Shown in pieces: positions 1 through 42,277 of a stretch of DNA of 64,000 nucleotides. Numbering within the stretch: the first letter of the stretch is position 1; every line of letters begins with the position of its first letter. This DNA comes from the human T2T-CHM13v2.0 reference genome, Homo sapiens. The stretch lies in NCBI RefSeq assembly GCF_009914755.1, contig NC_060940.1, one strand, 5' to 3'. The notes beneath the pieces were generated by a model. It worked only from the letters and a program-made list of their open reading frames with translations. It did no database searches and was not told the DNA's origin. The position numbers and the translations under genes are program-made.

Positions 1-1
1 C

Positions 2-53
2 CCCAAGCCGCGGAAGCAGCGAGAGTGGCCAGGACAAGAGCAGGGAGCCACAT
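2..53 (-). CDS. CES1: CES1 coding exon 1 (signal peptide MWLPALVLATLAASAAW-G); rest of gene lies left of the window; CES1P1/CES1A2-type exon 1 sequence
   Basis: Reverse complement of 53..2 reads ATG TGG CTC CCT GCT CTT GTC CTG GCC ACT CTC GCT GCT TCC GCG GCT TGG G; 52 coding nt as in CES1 exon 1; base 1 would be the G of the GT donor; position directly downstream of CES5A matches the CES1 locus. Confidence 0.92.
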   Translation of the reverse strand, partial: MWLPALVLATLAASAAW

Positions 54-200
54 CCTGGAAGGGCGACAGTTCCGGGGGCCTGCGAGGTCTCCGTGCAGCT
101 CAGAGGGACTGTGCTGTCCAGCCCTGGCGCCCAGCCCCGCCCAGAGTTACCGCCCTGCGCTGCCAATTGCCTAATCCTCTAATTGGGAGAGATCAGAAAA
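54..200 (-). promoter_or_regulatory. CES1 5'UTR and TATA-less GC-box proximal promoter
   Basis: GC-rich; Sp1-type GC box (ccccgccc ~135-142, GGGCGGGG on minus), second GC element ccgccc ~150-155, gccaat (NF1/CCAAT-like) ~162-167, immediately upstream of the CES1 ATG. Confidence 0.75.
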
Positions 201-1214
201 GCCCTCCCTTTCCTCAGATCTCCCTGGGCTTCTAGTGGGGCCTCAGGCCACGCCCACCCACAGTTTACCCTCTTTCATCAAACCAGTCTGGACTCTACTG
301 TCAGATTACAGAGAGCTGTAAACTTGCCCAACTACTTGTTACATAAGGGTTCACCCTTGCAGGACTCTAACCTCAGTGCACTGTGACGGCCCCCAAGGGC
401 CCACACCAGCAGGCAGATGCTTTTAGGCAAAGGGAAGCTTTGATCTGAGGTCCTCAGAAACAACTGGAAAATGTTAGAGCCACTCACACCTCACAGCTCA
501 GCTGGGTAAGTTAGGACATATCTCAGCTCCCAGGGCTTGTGTTTTCATAGCTTTCCAGGCTCTCAAGCTTGGAAGCGATCTTAAATTTCATCGAGTCCCC
601 TTTCTGAGGCCTGAATTAGCTTCACAATATCCTGCCAACTGGTCCAGCCTCCTGTCACACACCATCGGTGTCAGAGAACTCACTACTTTCCAAAGCAGGG
701 ATTTTTGGACAGAATGTAAAAATGAACTCCGTCCCCCCATAGTCCCTGGCTGTTATCATCCATCCATCCAAGTACCCATCCATTTTGTGAACATTTACCA
801 AAATGCTTGGCACCTGGCCATGTATAATGGATACAAAGACCAATTCAAGACATGGTTCAGCTTCTCAAGGGGCTCACCATTGTAGACAAGACAGATGGGG
901 TGGAGGAGCAGTAGGGGTGATGTCAAGGCAATGTGAAATCACCAAATTAAGGGGATACAGAGTGCTGTGGGCACACCTGGAAAACTGTCATTTACAAGCT
1001 GCTGGGGACACAAGGAAGTCACTCAAAGCCTCTTTCATGGGATTATTAAATGTCCAACAATAGGGAATTCACTAAACACACTGTGGTACCGCTGGCTAAG
1101 GAAATACGATGTATTCACTCAAAATAGTGATGTGCACAGCTATTTATTAACAATGAAGACAGGATGCGTTGTGAAAGGAGAAAATAACAGGTTATAAACT
1201 GTTGTGCGGTGTAG

Positions 1215-1790
1215 GCAGTTCCTCAAAAAGTTCAACACAGAGTTTCCATATGACCCAGCAATTCCCCTCCTAGGTGTCTACCGAAGAGAACTGAAAGCAT
1301 GTCCACACAAAAGCTTGTACACAAAGAGCAGTGTCATTCATCCTAGTCAAAAAGTGGGCACAACCCGCATGTCCATGACCTGATGAATGTGTAAATGAAG
1401 TGTGGTGTATGCGTGCAGAGGCATATCATCCAGCCATAAGAAGAACATGCTACAACGTGGATGAAGCTGGAAAACATCATGGTAAAGGAAAGAAGCCAGC
1501 CACAAAAGGCCACATGTCGTATGATGCTTTTTATATGTAATTTCCAAAATAGTCAAATCCATGGAGACAGAAAGTGTTTGACAGGGTCTGGGGAAGGGGA
1601 AAGAGACGGGGATGAGGAGTGACTGCTAATGGGCATGAGTTTTATCTTGGGGGTGGTAAAAATGTCCTGGGATTAAATAGTGATGATGTTAGTGCAACTT
1701 TGGGAATATACTAAACACCACTAGATTGTACACTTTAAAAAGGTAAACTTTATGACATGTGACTTATATTTCAATAAAATAATGAAATAT
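1215..1790 (+). mobile_element. Old L1 (L1MB-type) 3' end fragment
   Basis: Typical L1M 3' motifs: ccatatgacccagcaattcccctcctaggt, gagacagaaagt, gtacactttaaaaaggtaaactttatg, ending ttcaataaaa. Confidence 0.8.
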
Positions 1791-2432
1791 TTTTGAAAAT
1801 CTAGATAGGTATAATATGGTCCCGTTTTGGTAGTAACATATGTCTTTATTTGCATGGGAAAATATTGGAAGGCTATATATCTAATTAGAATTACAACAGC
1901 CATTTCCTGGCTGTAATCTTGTCAGTGTTTCACTTATTTGCATTTTCCACTTTTATTCCTTCATACATTCATTGACAAATATTTACTGAGAGCTTACTGT
2001 GTGGCAAACACTATGCCGAGAGTTTTGTATGCAGGATCTCAGTTCTCAAAATAACCCCGTGAGATTAATGCTGTCTCACGATCTTAAATTGATTTCTGTT
2101 GTTTAAGCCACCCAGTCTGTGATATTTTCTTCTGGCAGCCTAAGTAGACTAATACATAGGCTCAACTCAATTCCGTTATTTATTCCCAAAAGAAACTAAG
2201 GCCCAGAGATGAGGAGGGATTGCCTAAGGTCACACAGCAACTCAATGGCAAAGTCAGAACCAGAACTTGAGGCTTCTGCCTTCCAGCACAGGGTGGCTGG
2301 CAGCCATTTCTCTTGCTTTTGTACATCAGGAAGATATTCTAATCAGTAGCCTTATCTAAGGCAAATTGCCTTGTCAGCTCATTGACCCAGGCTTAGCATG
2401 GTAGGGCTGAAGGGATAGAAATAGCCAGGGGA

Positions 2433-2716
2433 GGCTGGGCACTGTGGCAACCCTTCCCGCTCGGTAATCCTAGCACTTTGGCAAGCCAAGGTGGGAAGAT
2501 TGCTTGAGAGAGGAGTTCAAGACCAACCTGGGAAACATAGTAAGACCCTATCTCTACAAGAATAAGGAGAAAGGAAGAAGAAGAAAAAGAGGAAGGAGAA
2601 GAAGGAGAAGGAGGGAAGAAAGAAGAAGAGGAAGAAGAAGAAGAAAGACAGAGAGAGACAAAGAAAGAAAGAGAGAGGAAGGAAGGAAGGAAGGAAGGAA
2701 GGAAGGAAGGAAGGGA
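2433..2716 (+). mobile_element. Alu left monomer (FLAM/AluJ-like) with expanded (GAA)/(GGAA)n purine tail
   Basis: ggctgggcactgtggc...taatcctagcactttgg...ggagttcaagaccaacctgg followed by ~155 nt GA-rich tract. Confidence 0.8.
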
Positions 2717-3220
2717 CAAAGATGGGAGCCATGTACCAGGTACCTGGGGAGCTATGTTCTATTTTCCCAATGTCACTTGGCAAGCCTGCCCTTGTCCAGG
2801 CCAGACCACTATTGACATCAGGAAAGATTGGGCAACCAGCAGCCATAAATCACATGACAGTCCCAGAGCTGCTGATGGATTCTTGCCCAAGGCCATGAGT
2901 TGTAGCTGAAATGAAACTTCTGGAGACCCAAATTCAAAAAGGCATGCTCATTAGCACTCATTCTAGCCACGTGCAGGCTGGTGAGGGGCATTCTGTGATG
3001 GGAATGAGGATGCTCTGACAGCATGAGAATCAGTCCCCAGAGCTAACTGACTCTACAAAGGTTGACCTGAGCTTTAGGGTTCCTCCCTTACTTTTATCCA
3101 GGACAGAAATCTGGCTGATAAACTGCATGCTAATAAAAAGCATCCCTATCTCTATCCACAAGGGACAAATTGGGAGGTCCTCCTAAATAGAAAGCAAGGC
3201 TAGTCCCACTCACTCAGCAC

Positions 3221-3259
3221 AACACACACACACACACACATGTGCACGCATGCGCGTGC
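3221..3259. repeat. (CA)n microsatellite running into alternating purine-pyrimidine tgtgcacgcatgcgcgtgc
   Basis: Direct reading. Confidence 0.85.
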
Positions 3260-5051
3260 CTGTTAACCATCCTGCCCTGTTGCCCTAGTCAGCTGACCTT
3301 TGCAACCTGGGAAACAGCCCTGGCTCTTGGCCTATGAAGATTTTGTGGTGCTGTGTTCACAAAATATAAAAGATAAGGATTAGTTCTTCTCCTGAACCAC
3401 TGCTCAATCACATGCCCGCTTGTGACACCAGCCAATTGTGCAAACAGAATTTTTTGGCCACTCCTAGGTTTTGCCTGGGTCTGGCTGCAGCCTCTGACAC
3501 CTTTTTCTGCTTCATGATGACTCTGCAGATTGTGATGGGTGAGGCTGGAGCCTACCAAGCCTTACAATAGATCTAATTTTTGCTTAATACATATAACTCC
3601 CCTGCAACACTTCAGCTGTAAGCAATACGTCTCTTGTTTAAGTGGCAGTTGGTTGGTGGGGGGCGGGGGGGATATTATTGTTTTCCCTGGGGAACACCCT
3701 CTGGTTTCCCATGTGGAACTATATGATGTGGAAAGTAAAATCCGAGGAACTGGCCTTAACTTCTAAGCAGGGGGTAGGACTTGGGAGAGTGAGCATATCT
3801 GGGGGCTTCAAATGAACTCCCCCAAACCTCTCCACCTCCATCAGTTTACTCAGCAGATATATGGAAAGCTCGTATTAGAGCAGGCATTGGGCACAGCAAG
3901 CCCATGTCCTGCTGGGCCCCTCACTCAGCTTTGTCTCTGAACCATGGGATTGATCAGGTGCAGATTTTGTGGTGGAGAACACTGAACTGGGAGACAGAAG
4001 TCTGAGAATCCACTGGGTGACATTTGGGAATTCCTTGTGGAAAGGCAGGGGGTGGCTCTGGGGGAGGGGCTCTCTCATGCACCCTTCACCGTGGCTCCAC
4101 ACTCTATGAATCCAGGATTCTACGACATTCTCCACTGCAGCCTGGGCATATGCAGTGTTTCTGGAACCTCACTTATTCTCACACTAATATCATGGTTTTT
4201 TGCCTCATCAGCGTATCGTCTGTACTTCTATGAACAGTTTTCTTTAAATGAAGCACTCTTTTTACTTTAACATGCTCACTCAAAAAGGAGACTTTATACC
4301 ATTTCCATAACTGCAAGACCTGTATAACCTGCCATAAATTAGAGGTATGCATGGAAAATGTGTGACTGCATTTTTTAAATTAAAACGATGGTAAAAATAA
4401 AAACTTACATAAAGAAAAGCCAGTAAAAACACTTCTGGTTTACAGAAGTGTATAACTGAAAAAAGTCACTCAATGGGAAAAGTGAACCATTGAAGGCCAG
4501 TTAGTTACATGAAAGCAGGGCCAGCCTTGATCGCCGTCATGACCACCAGGTAGGTGACAAGGCAAGGGTACCTACCTTTGGCAAGGATCATCGTCACCAA
4601 GGTCATTTTCTTCTGCTTCAGGGAACGTCTTCCTGTTAACATTCGGTTCAATGGGCAGAAATTGTATTATGTTTACACCTTCCCAGGACCACGATGCTGT
4701 GTTATACTTAGGGGTCAGACTCCCTGGGGTCAATCAGGTCCTAGGACTAACTGGTCAGAGCATCTGGAAGAAATTTTGGCCTGGTCGTGGGTCATAGAGG
4801 AAGGAGCTGTACTCCCATGGGCATAACTAGTCACCCTCAATGGCGCAAACAACCGGAAATCGGGCCATGTACATTCATCAGGCAATCACCCTGTGACTGC
4901 TGAGCAAGAATTATAAGGGAGAGTAGGATAAACTATGGTAGCAAATAGGCCCAGAATTTCAACGCCTTATTTTTCAATTACGTAAAGGACTAGAGTGTTG
5001 TTCAGGTCCACAAGGTGGCTGTCCTCCATATGGTCATTCAGAGATCGAAAT

Positions 5052-5262
5052 TAGGGTATTGGCAAACTTTCTCTATAAAGGGCCAGATAGTAAGTACTTT
5101 GGGCTTTGCAGGCCATGGGCTGTCTGTGGCAACTGCTGTGGTAGTCAGGTGGCCCATAAACAATACCTATGCAAATGGGCATGGCTGTGCTTCAATAAAA
5201 CTTTATTTTTAAAAAGACAGTAGGCCAGATTTGGCCCTCAGGCTGTAGTTTACTCAGTCCTG
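5052..5262 (+). mobile_element. MER58A-like hAT-Charlie MITE
   Basis: ggcaaactttctctataaagggccagatagtaagtactttgggctttgcaggcc...aataaaactttatttt...ggccagatttggccc matches recalled MER58A consensus. Confidence 0.75.
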
Positions 5263-6992
5263 ATCTAAGCTATGGTGGCTTTGCCTTCCTTCACTCATGG
5301 TTTCTAAAGTTGCCATAGGTGTCAATTGCCTGTCACCTGGAAGAGGTAGGAGCAGAAGTGTGACCATGGAGCATTTGTATGGGCCAGGCCTGGCTGTGGC
5401 ACTCTCCACTCCCACTCAGAGGACATTGGTGAGAACTTATTCACATGTTCAATCTAATTGCAACGAAGGCTGGAAAATGTAATCTGGCTGTGTACCAAGG
5501 AAGGTGGGACAGATTTTAACAGACTGCCAGCAATCCTTGTCACAGGTAATATCCATTAAACCATGGACTTGATAGTAAGGGTTTTTTCCCTAATACACAG
5601 CAAAATAAATAAACAGCCATTCTATAAGTGGTTTTTAGTTTGTGTGCCATCTAAAATGATCTTGCATAACTCCAGGAATAAGTGTACCACACTCTGATAA
5701 ACACGAAGTTTTTGCATTTCTTTGATTCAAATCACAAAAGCCTGATTATAAACCCAGATCCTATTCATTAGCTCTACTTTATTAAGCCTTCCTTTAGCCT
5801 GTTAAGAATAAAATGGGAAAAAAGATGATTCAGAAAGCAATGTAAAAATTTAGACACAGAAAAGTGAAGATTGAATTATAATCTGGAAAGAGCCCTGTAA
5901 AGTCAAACTATAGATTACATTATAAACATCCAGGTGAATAGAGTGGCCTCCATGGAGAGGCATGTTCTGTGTGTTTTCTTGCCCTGAGAACTATCAATAT
6001 TCATATATGTTAATGCCCATAACTGTGATGACTCTTGATGGTAGCGGGTATTGAGAGATGGACAAAATTTGGGGAGGCAGAGAAGAAATTAGCATTGGAA
6101 CAAGGCAGATTCAGGGGCTTCTTGGGGAGGCCAGTTGCAATGGAAGGGTGAATGGAGGACAGAGAGCTTCAATGCCAAGCCAAGGACAACAGACTTCATC
6201 CCTGGACAATGAAGAGACACTGAAAGGCTTTAATTCTGAGAATTGCACAATGAAGGGCGTTTCTGAAAGTAGAGCCTGGCAGAAGCAGCCAAGCCATCTG
6301 GAGGGACCAGTGGTTACTCTCAAGGGGAACCTCCTACACACTCTTCGGGAAGGTGGAAGATAAACTTCTCCTTTTCAAAGGTGCCTAAGTCCTAGCTTGT
6401 GAAAGCTTGGCTTTGGGGCTTACATAGGACTCAGCAAGCATAAATGACATAAGCTTCTCCAAAAAGCTGGACTGCACAAAGGTCTGCCCAAATCTCAGGA
6501 TCTACTGGTGTTGGCCCTGTGTTCTCACTTTAGAAGGTCATGCAAGGGACAAAATCTCTAGAATCCTTCGTGGGCTGGGTCACAGCTGAGATGGGAAGGT
6601 TGCAGTCCTCTGAAACTTCCCACATAGCTGTACTTCTATGGAGGCCAGGACCACATCGGGGTGGGTACAGTCCACAATCCCCCTCCATCCCACCAATCAG
6701 GTTCCAAGGGGTCTTCACATCCACAAAATACCATTTTCCCAGATGAATAGCACACACACCAAGACACGCAAATTCAAACCAGATACCCAAATGGCACTTA
6801 TTGAATTTGCAAGGAGTTTTACCACAATTCTTTTGGCGGTAGTGCCTAGTGGCAACAATATAGAAAACAAGGAACTTTCACCACTGATGTGAGAGATCAT
6901 TTAGTTCAAGCTTCCTTGGGGGCAATTTGGCAAAATCTATCCTAACATTTCAAAAAGGCATCCCTTTTGCCCCAGCTATTTTTTATTAACCA

Positions 6993-7868
<876 letters not shown>

Positions 7869-8984
7869 TATTTTAAAGCACTATTCTCTAGGAATAATTC
7901 TGAATGAGCCCAAAGATATATGTATCAGGTGGTCACCTCAGTGAAGTTGACAATGGTACAAAATAGGAAATCATTCGAATGGCTAACAATAGTAGACAGT
8001 TAAATAATTTATTGAGTATTATACTATGGGATGCAATGTAGCTGTCAGAAAGGTAGAAAAAATTGTTTTTAAATGTTTGTGTAAAGGAAAAACGGTTTAC
8101 CACTTCCTGTGAAAGAAGAGGGATCCAAAATTTTTTATTTCCCCCCTCCAATTATCCTAAAAAAAAACAGTGAAATAAAGTTTTTAAAGCTACAAACCCA
8201 CACTGACAAACTGTGAAAGAAGAAATGACAGCATTTTGGACACTGAGAGGCCAACAGAATGACGATAACTAGTTTTAGAACAGAAAAAGGAGACGTTAAC
8301 TCCTGGAGAGAAAGACACCACCATGCACCTATGCAATCAGAATAGAGACAGAAAAGACTCTCTGGGTTTAGGGGTATTGGATGCCTGTAGAAGTTGGGGT
8401 GTAGGTAACCCCCACTTATGCCCATGGGGAGTGCACCTCTCCCCTTTGAGCTCCACCCCAAGGCCAAAGTTTCCTGGAGGCTCTTTGCCTCTGCCACTCC
8501 TAGAACTGGGCTGACCCCAGGAACTCCAACCACCTAATTACAACAGAATATCGGAAGGGCCTTGCCAGATGTCAACATAAGATGATTTCTGTCCAGAGAT
8601 CTGAGTGTCAAAAGGAAGAAGTTTCCCAAAGCTCATGTAATGGCTGCAGTAATGATGACTCTTGATGAAGTCAATGCCTGGCCACCAAACAAGCTCTCAT
8701 GATGGTGGACAAGTTTGTCCTTGCCTTCATATTACTAATTGGCCATCAACAGTCCATTTTTCCCATTGAATAACTTATTTTCAGAAATGTGCTTCTATAA
8801 CTCAATTGTTGCATGCAGTGAAACTAATGGAGGACTTATATAGTGATAAATAACAATCAAAGTGTACCAATCCTTCTAAAAATACCGAAGGTATCAGCCA
8901 GAGTTCTGTTCTCTCACATGAAAAGTTCAGGAGGTGAATAGAGCTTGAAACACAATTACATAAATAAATGTAATAAATGAAATA

Positions 8985-9058
8985 AATAGATTAGATAGAT
9001 AATAGATAGATCATAGATAATTGATAGATGATAGATAATAGGTAGGTAGGTAGATAGG

Positions 9059-9102
<44 letters not shown>

Positions 9103-9115
9103 TAGATAGATAGAT
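8985..9115. repeat. Compound (GATA)n/(GGTA)n/(GACA)n tetranucleotide microsatellite
   Basis: Direct reading. Confidence 0.95.
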
Positions 9116-9989
9116 ATTTTATGGCATTATCTTCCGATAAAGAGAGAAGTCTGTTTCCTAAAGGTCAAGGTAGAAAAGCTGTCCTCCAGGCACCCACAGT
9201 GTGCTCCAGCAACCTTGCCAACACCAGCCCTGCTGCCCGTGGGCTGGCCCCCTTGCCACCACTGCTCAGGGTCACACTTCCGCCATGCTGTGGCTGGCCA
9301 TCCCCCTTCCTACCCATCCTTTAATTTCAGACTTGACCTCCACCCCATTCATGGAGCACAGCGAGCTCTTTGCAATGAATTTCTTTGTATTTTGAGACAA
9401 TCAAGCGGCAAGGTAGGTTTTTTTCTCCCCAGCCCTTCCCGTCCTTGGGAATAATGAGGCACACTCTCAATACGAACTTTTAGCAGAGCATACGGGGCAG
9501 GACTGAGTGGGATCTGTCCCTGCTGGGGGAAGGGAGGCTCATCTTGTAGATGCGCTACCTGGGGCAGCACCAGGTGGGGCAGCTACCCAGGTGCAGGGCC
9601 TGAGCCCGCTTCCCACCCTCCCCTGCAGCTCTGCCCTGGGGGAATCTGGACTGAGTTGGTCCAAGGAGAGGAAATCCCTTATGTCCCTCTGAGGTAGGCT
9701 CCTGGAGACTTAATGGGAAAGTCCAGGAGGTGGAAAAGGGAAAAACTGCTGGCTCCAACCTCTGTTCTGCTAGTGAGTTTAGTCTTTTCAGTCAGACTTT
9801 TCAGGGAGTGGATTCTACCTTTTCCTCTTTCCAAATGTTACAGATGGAATGGATAACACTATATTGTATTGGCTTGTATATAATTTAACTATTTGGCATG
9901 GTCTTATTGTCAGTCCAAGTTCTGCGATGTCACACCACCAGCATCTCAGGAGCCTCAGAATAGAGGGAAGCGTTTTTCCTTTGTGATAA

Positions 9990-10005
9990 TGCTGCCCTCT
10001 ACTGG
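9990..10005 (-). promoter_or_regulatory. Candidate CTCF binding site
   Basis: Minus strand CCAGTAGAGGGCAGCA matches CTCF core CCASYAGRKGGCRS at every position. Confidence 0.5.
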
Positions 10006-10389
10006 ACATCAGGAAATTCACAGGTGAAGACCGACGTAGTTTGTCCCTAAAGTTTTGCTTTGATTTAATTTAATGGATAGGGTTCAAGATTGTTTAAAAA
10101 AAAGGGGAGAGTGGGGAGGGGGAGGCAGTGGGTCCTGGAAAAGTAAATTGTTTATTTTACAATAAGAAAGTGGTTAAATATTTTATTTTTTTTACAATGG
10201 TGGAAAATTAGAAGTGATTGTGAAAATGATGTGTACCTGTCTTGCTGGTGAGTAGGATGTGATTTGGCGCTTTAGGAAAGTGAATTTGTAGAACTCAAAA
10301 ATATTGACTTATAAAGGGCATGGCCGTTGACCCAGTCCATCTTATGCAAATCTGGATGCCATAAATAATATTTAAAAGTAAAAATACTG

Positions 10390-10480
10390 GGGTGGAGGTT
10401 GCAGTGGGCAGAGATCGCGCCACTACACTCCAGCCTGGGTGAAAGAGTGAGACTCTGTCTCAAAACAAAACAAAAAAAAA
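10390..10480 (+). mobile_element. 5'-truncated Alu (3' end of right monomer)
   Basis: ggtggaggttgcagtgggcagagatcgcgccactacactccagcctgggtgaaagagtgagactctgtctcaaaa. Confidence 0.9.
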
Positions 10481-12288
10481 GAAGTCATTCCCAATGTTGC
10501 TCATCAAATTATGACCATAAATATCCAGGATAAGACTAGTGGCTAAAGAAACTGTGACACGTCAACACCAGGCAGAAAATAAAGCAGATTTTTTTGTTGT
10601 TTTGGAGAGCCTCTAGGAACTTGAAAAATACATATGCCACACTCTTAAGACCCAGTGGTTCTTAATCGGGGTGTTCATTAAAATGCCAGAAAACTGAAAA
10701 TACTTCTAGGTCCCATCCAAGGAGATTTTGCTTCCGATTGACTGGCTAGTGGCCTGGCCATTGGTATTTTGGAAAAACCCTCCAAGTGATTATTTTACTT
10801 ACATTCCAGATAGAAAACTCTAAATTAAAGGGGAAAAAAACAGACACAAAGTGGCATTTAAATAAATGTCAACTTTAACTCCACAAAGCATCTGATTGCA
10901 TGTGGACAGAAAGAGAAGGAAAGAGGGCCCTATATCTGGATAACTTAGAAATGTGCTCCCCCTAGCAAGATATCTACCAAAATTAGAAACACATTTGAGG
11001 ATGCTGGCACTGCGAGCAATATATAAATGATGCGTGTAATGTCATTTAATATGATCGTATTTTTAAAAATGAGTTGAGTGGTGTTTTCTAGCTGTTAGTT
11101 TTTCCAAATATCAATATAGAAATTAGTCTTCTGCAGCTGCAGAGGCAATTCAGTTTCCAGCTTGCTTTCACGGCCTAGAGCCATAAAGTGGCCCAGAGCA
11201 TCTCTGATCCACCCCTCCCACAACCACCTAATCCAGAGACAACCGAATGCTTTGGACCATCTGATGAGAGAGGTAGCTGCATGGCAGTAAGAGTCCTGCT
11301 CTGAAGTGACAAGAGCCTTAAGGCCTGGTTTTGACTTACTGCTAACTTGCTCACACTGCATACTTGCTGAGTGATCTTGGGTGAATCGTTTCACCTCTCT
11401 GAGGTTCACTATGAAATGAGAGGTCAAGGGTCCAAACTTAAACACCTTCAGAGGTTGGGTAATATCAGTGAGTAAAATAGACCAGGCACAGCACAAAGGG
11501 GTATGGTGTGGACTGTGGCACGTTGAGAACTTAGGCCTCTGTAAAGGGGGCAGCCACCACTCAGTTCCTGCAGATTACTCTATCTTTGCTGAGGACAGTT
11601 GCACAGGTAGTGCACTGCAGAAGGGTAACACTTTAGAGAAGGTGTCATTTGCATCATAAATGCAGATATTTATCCATGGCAGTTTCATGGAAGATGTCTG
11701 TAGAAGGTTTTGAGGAAGGGGCACCTTGTAATTTGCATAAAAGGTTGTATGGACCGCCAGAAGTGCTGGTTATCATGTGGGAATGCAGCTCGGTAACAGT
11801 ATCTTCTGGGTTTTCTTGTTATTGTTGTTTCCTGAAGAAGCTGGAAATATGGCATTTAATGTGAAATTTTCCTAATTTAAAATTTGCTGGCAACAAATTC
11901 CAAAACATGTTTAACGTTGTGTGGGCCAAACAAAACACTTCAGGGGGTCTGATTCGGGCACTGAGTTGGAGATCTCTCACCCAGATGAGTTACTGGCATC
12001 TCAGAAACCCTCCTATTGTATGCATCTTATGTAATCTTGAAGCAATCACGAAGAAAAACTAATTACCCTGGTGAATTATATGGATATAATATGGATTATG
12101 TGGCTATACAAAGTAAGAGTGCGTCCTTTGAATGATGGTATTTAACATTCTCCCTACCCTGTGACTAACTTTGATTTGTCCTTTCTTGATGTAAATGCTA
12201 TTTCTCCAGAGAGAGCCTCCTAAGACTTTAATCTCACTTAGGTTCCCTCCGTTACACTTTCTTGAAAACACCTTATTCTCCTGAGTAA

Positions 12289-12773
<485 letters not shown>

Positions 12774-13154
12774 TAGATTTATTGAATGACAGATTCATCT
12801 CGACCCCACCAGGGAAGCTTCATTTCTTCTTGGCATTGCTGATCCGACCCTTGATGCCTAGAATTTGACTTCTAGGTTTTTTATTCTGGATGATGGCAGC
12901 TTTCCATGGCTGAGGATACCCCGTCACCCACACATCTCTCTGAGCCAGAGAAGAGACCCAGCTCAAACCCGTGACATCCAAGACATCCATACTTGGCTTG
13001 CGGCTGAAGCCCCAATGGGTTGGGGTTGGGGGACTTGCATTTTGGGTAACATACACAGACACCTTCTCTGATAGAAAGTGGGTGCTGGGGGCATGGGGAG
13101 TGTTATCAGCACAGAATTAAATTCTGCCCCCGTATACCTATTTTACATTCTGAT

Positions 13155-13160
13155 TTTATT
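13155..13160 (-). terminator. CES5A polyadenylation signal AATAAA (a second candidate at 13217-13222)
   Basis: tttatt on plus strand ~275 nt downstream of the CES5A stop codon. Confidence 0.65.
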
Positions 13161-13433
13161 TCATATGAGTTACAAAACCATTATTATGACAACTAATAGG
13201 CCAGCCCTCTTCCAAATTTATTGAAGAAATCTTGTTGCCTTCCAAGACAAATTGCACTTTTTGATGTTGAAAAGAATTCTGTAAGGATCATTCCTAAGTC
13301 CATAAAATATCAGCGAAAGCAGCTTGTTTTGCAAGGATCCCCATAGAAAGCAGCTGAGCTCAGAAAGAAGCTAATGATTGCGGGAGAAATTATAGGAGGA
13401 GAAGGGAAACCAAAATCACAGAAAGATAACTTC

Positions 13434-42244
<28,811 letters not shown>

Positions 42245-42248
<4 letters not shown>

Positions 42249-42277
42249 TTGGCTGCCTGCCTGCACTCTGTGAACAT
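42245..42277 (-). other. Overlapping upstream ORF MFTECRQAAK* in the CES5A 5' leader
   Basis: ATG TTC ACA GAG TGC AGG CAG GCA GCC AAA TGA; the stop shares ATGA with the main start. Confidence 0.6.

Noticed and set aside
2393-2846. Overlapping ~105-aa ORFs on both strands
   Set aside because: Alu monomer plus purine-rich tail artefact
9564-9584. Second CTCF-like sequence gcaccaggtggggcag
   Set aside because: Two extra G bases break the core spacing; weak match
9800-11240. AT-rich block that looked like a retrocopied 3'UTR or duplicated segment
   Set aside because: No poly(A) tail/TSD pair or parent gene recognisable by eye; needs BLAT, so not claimed
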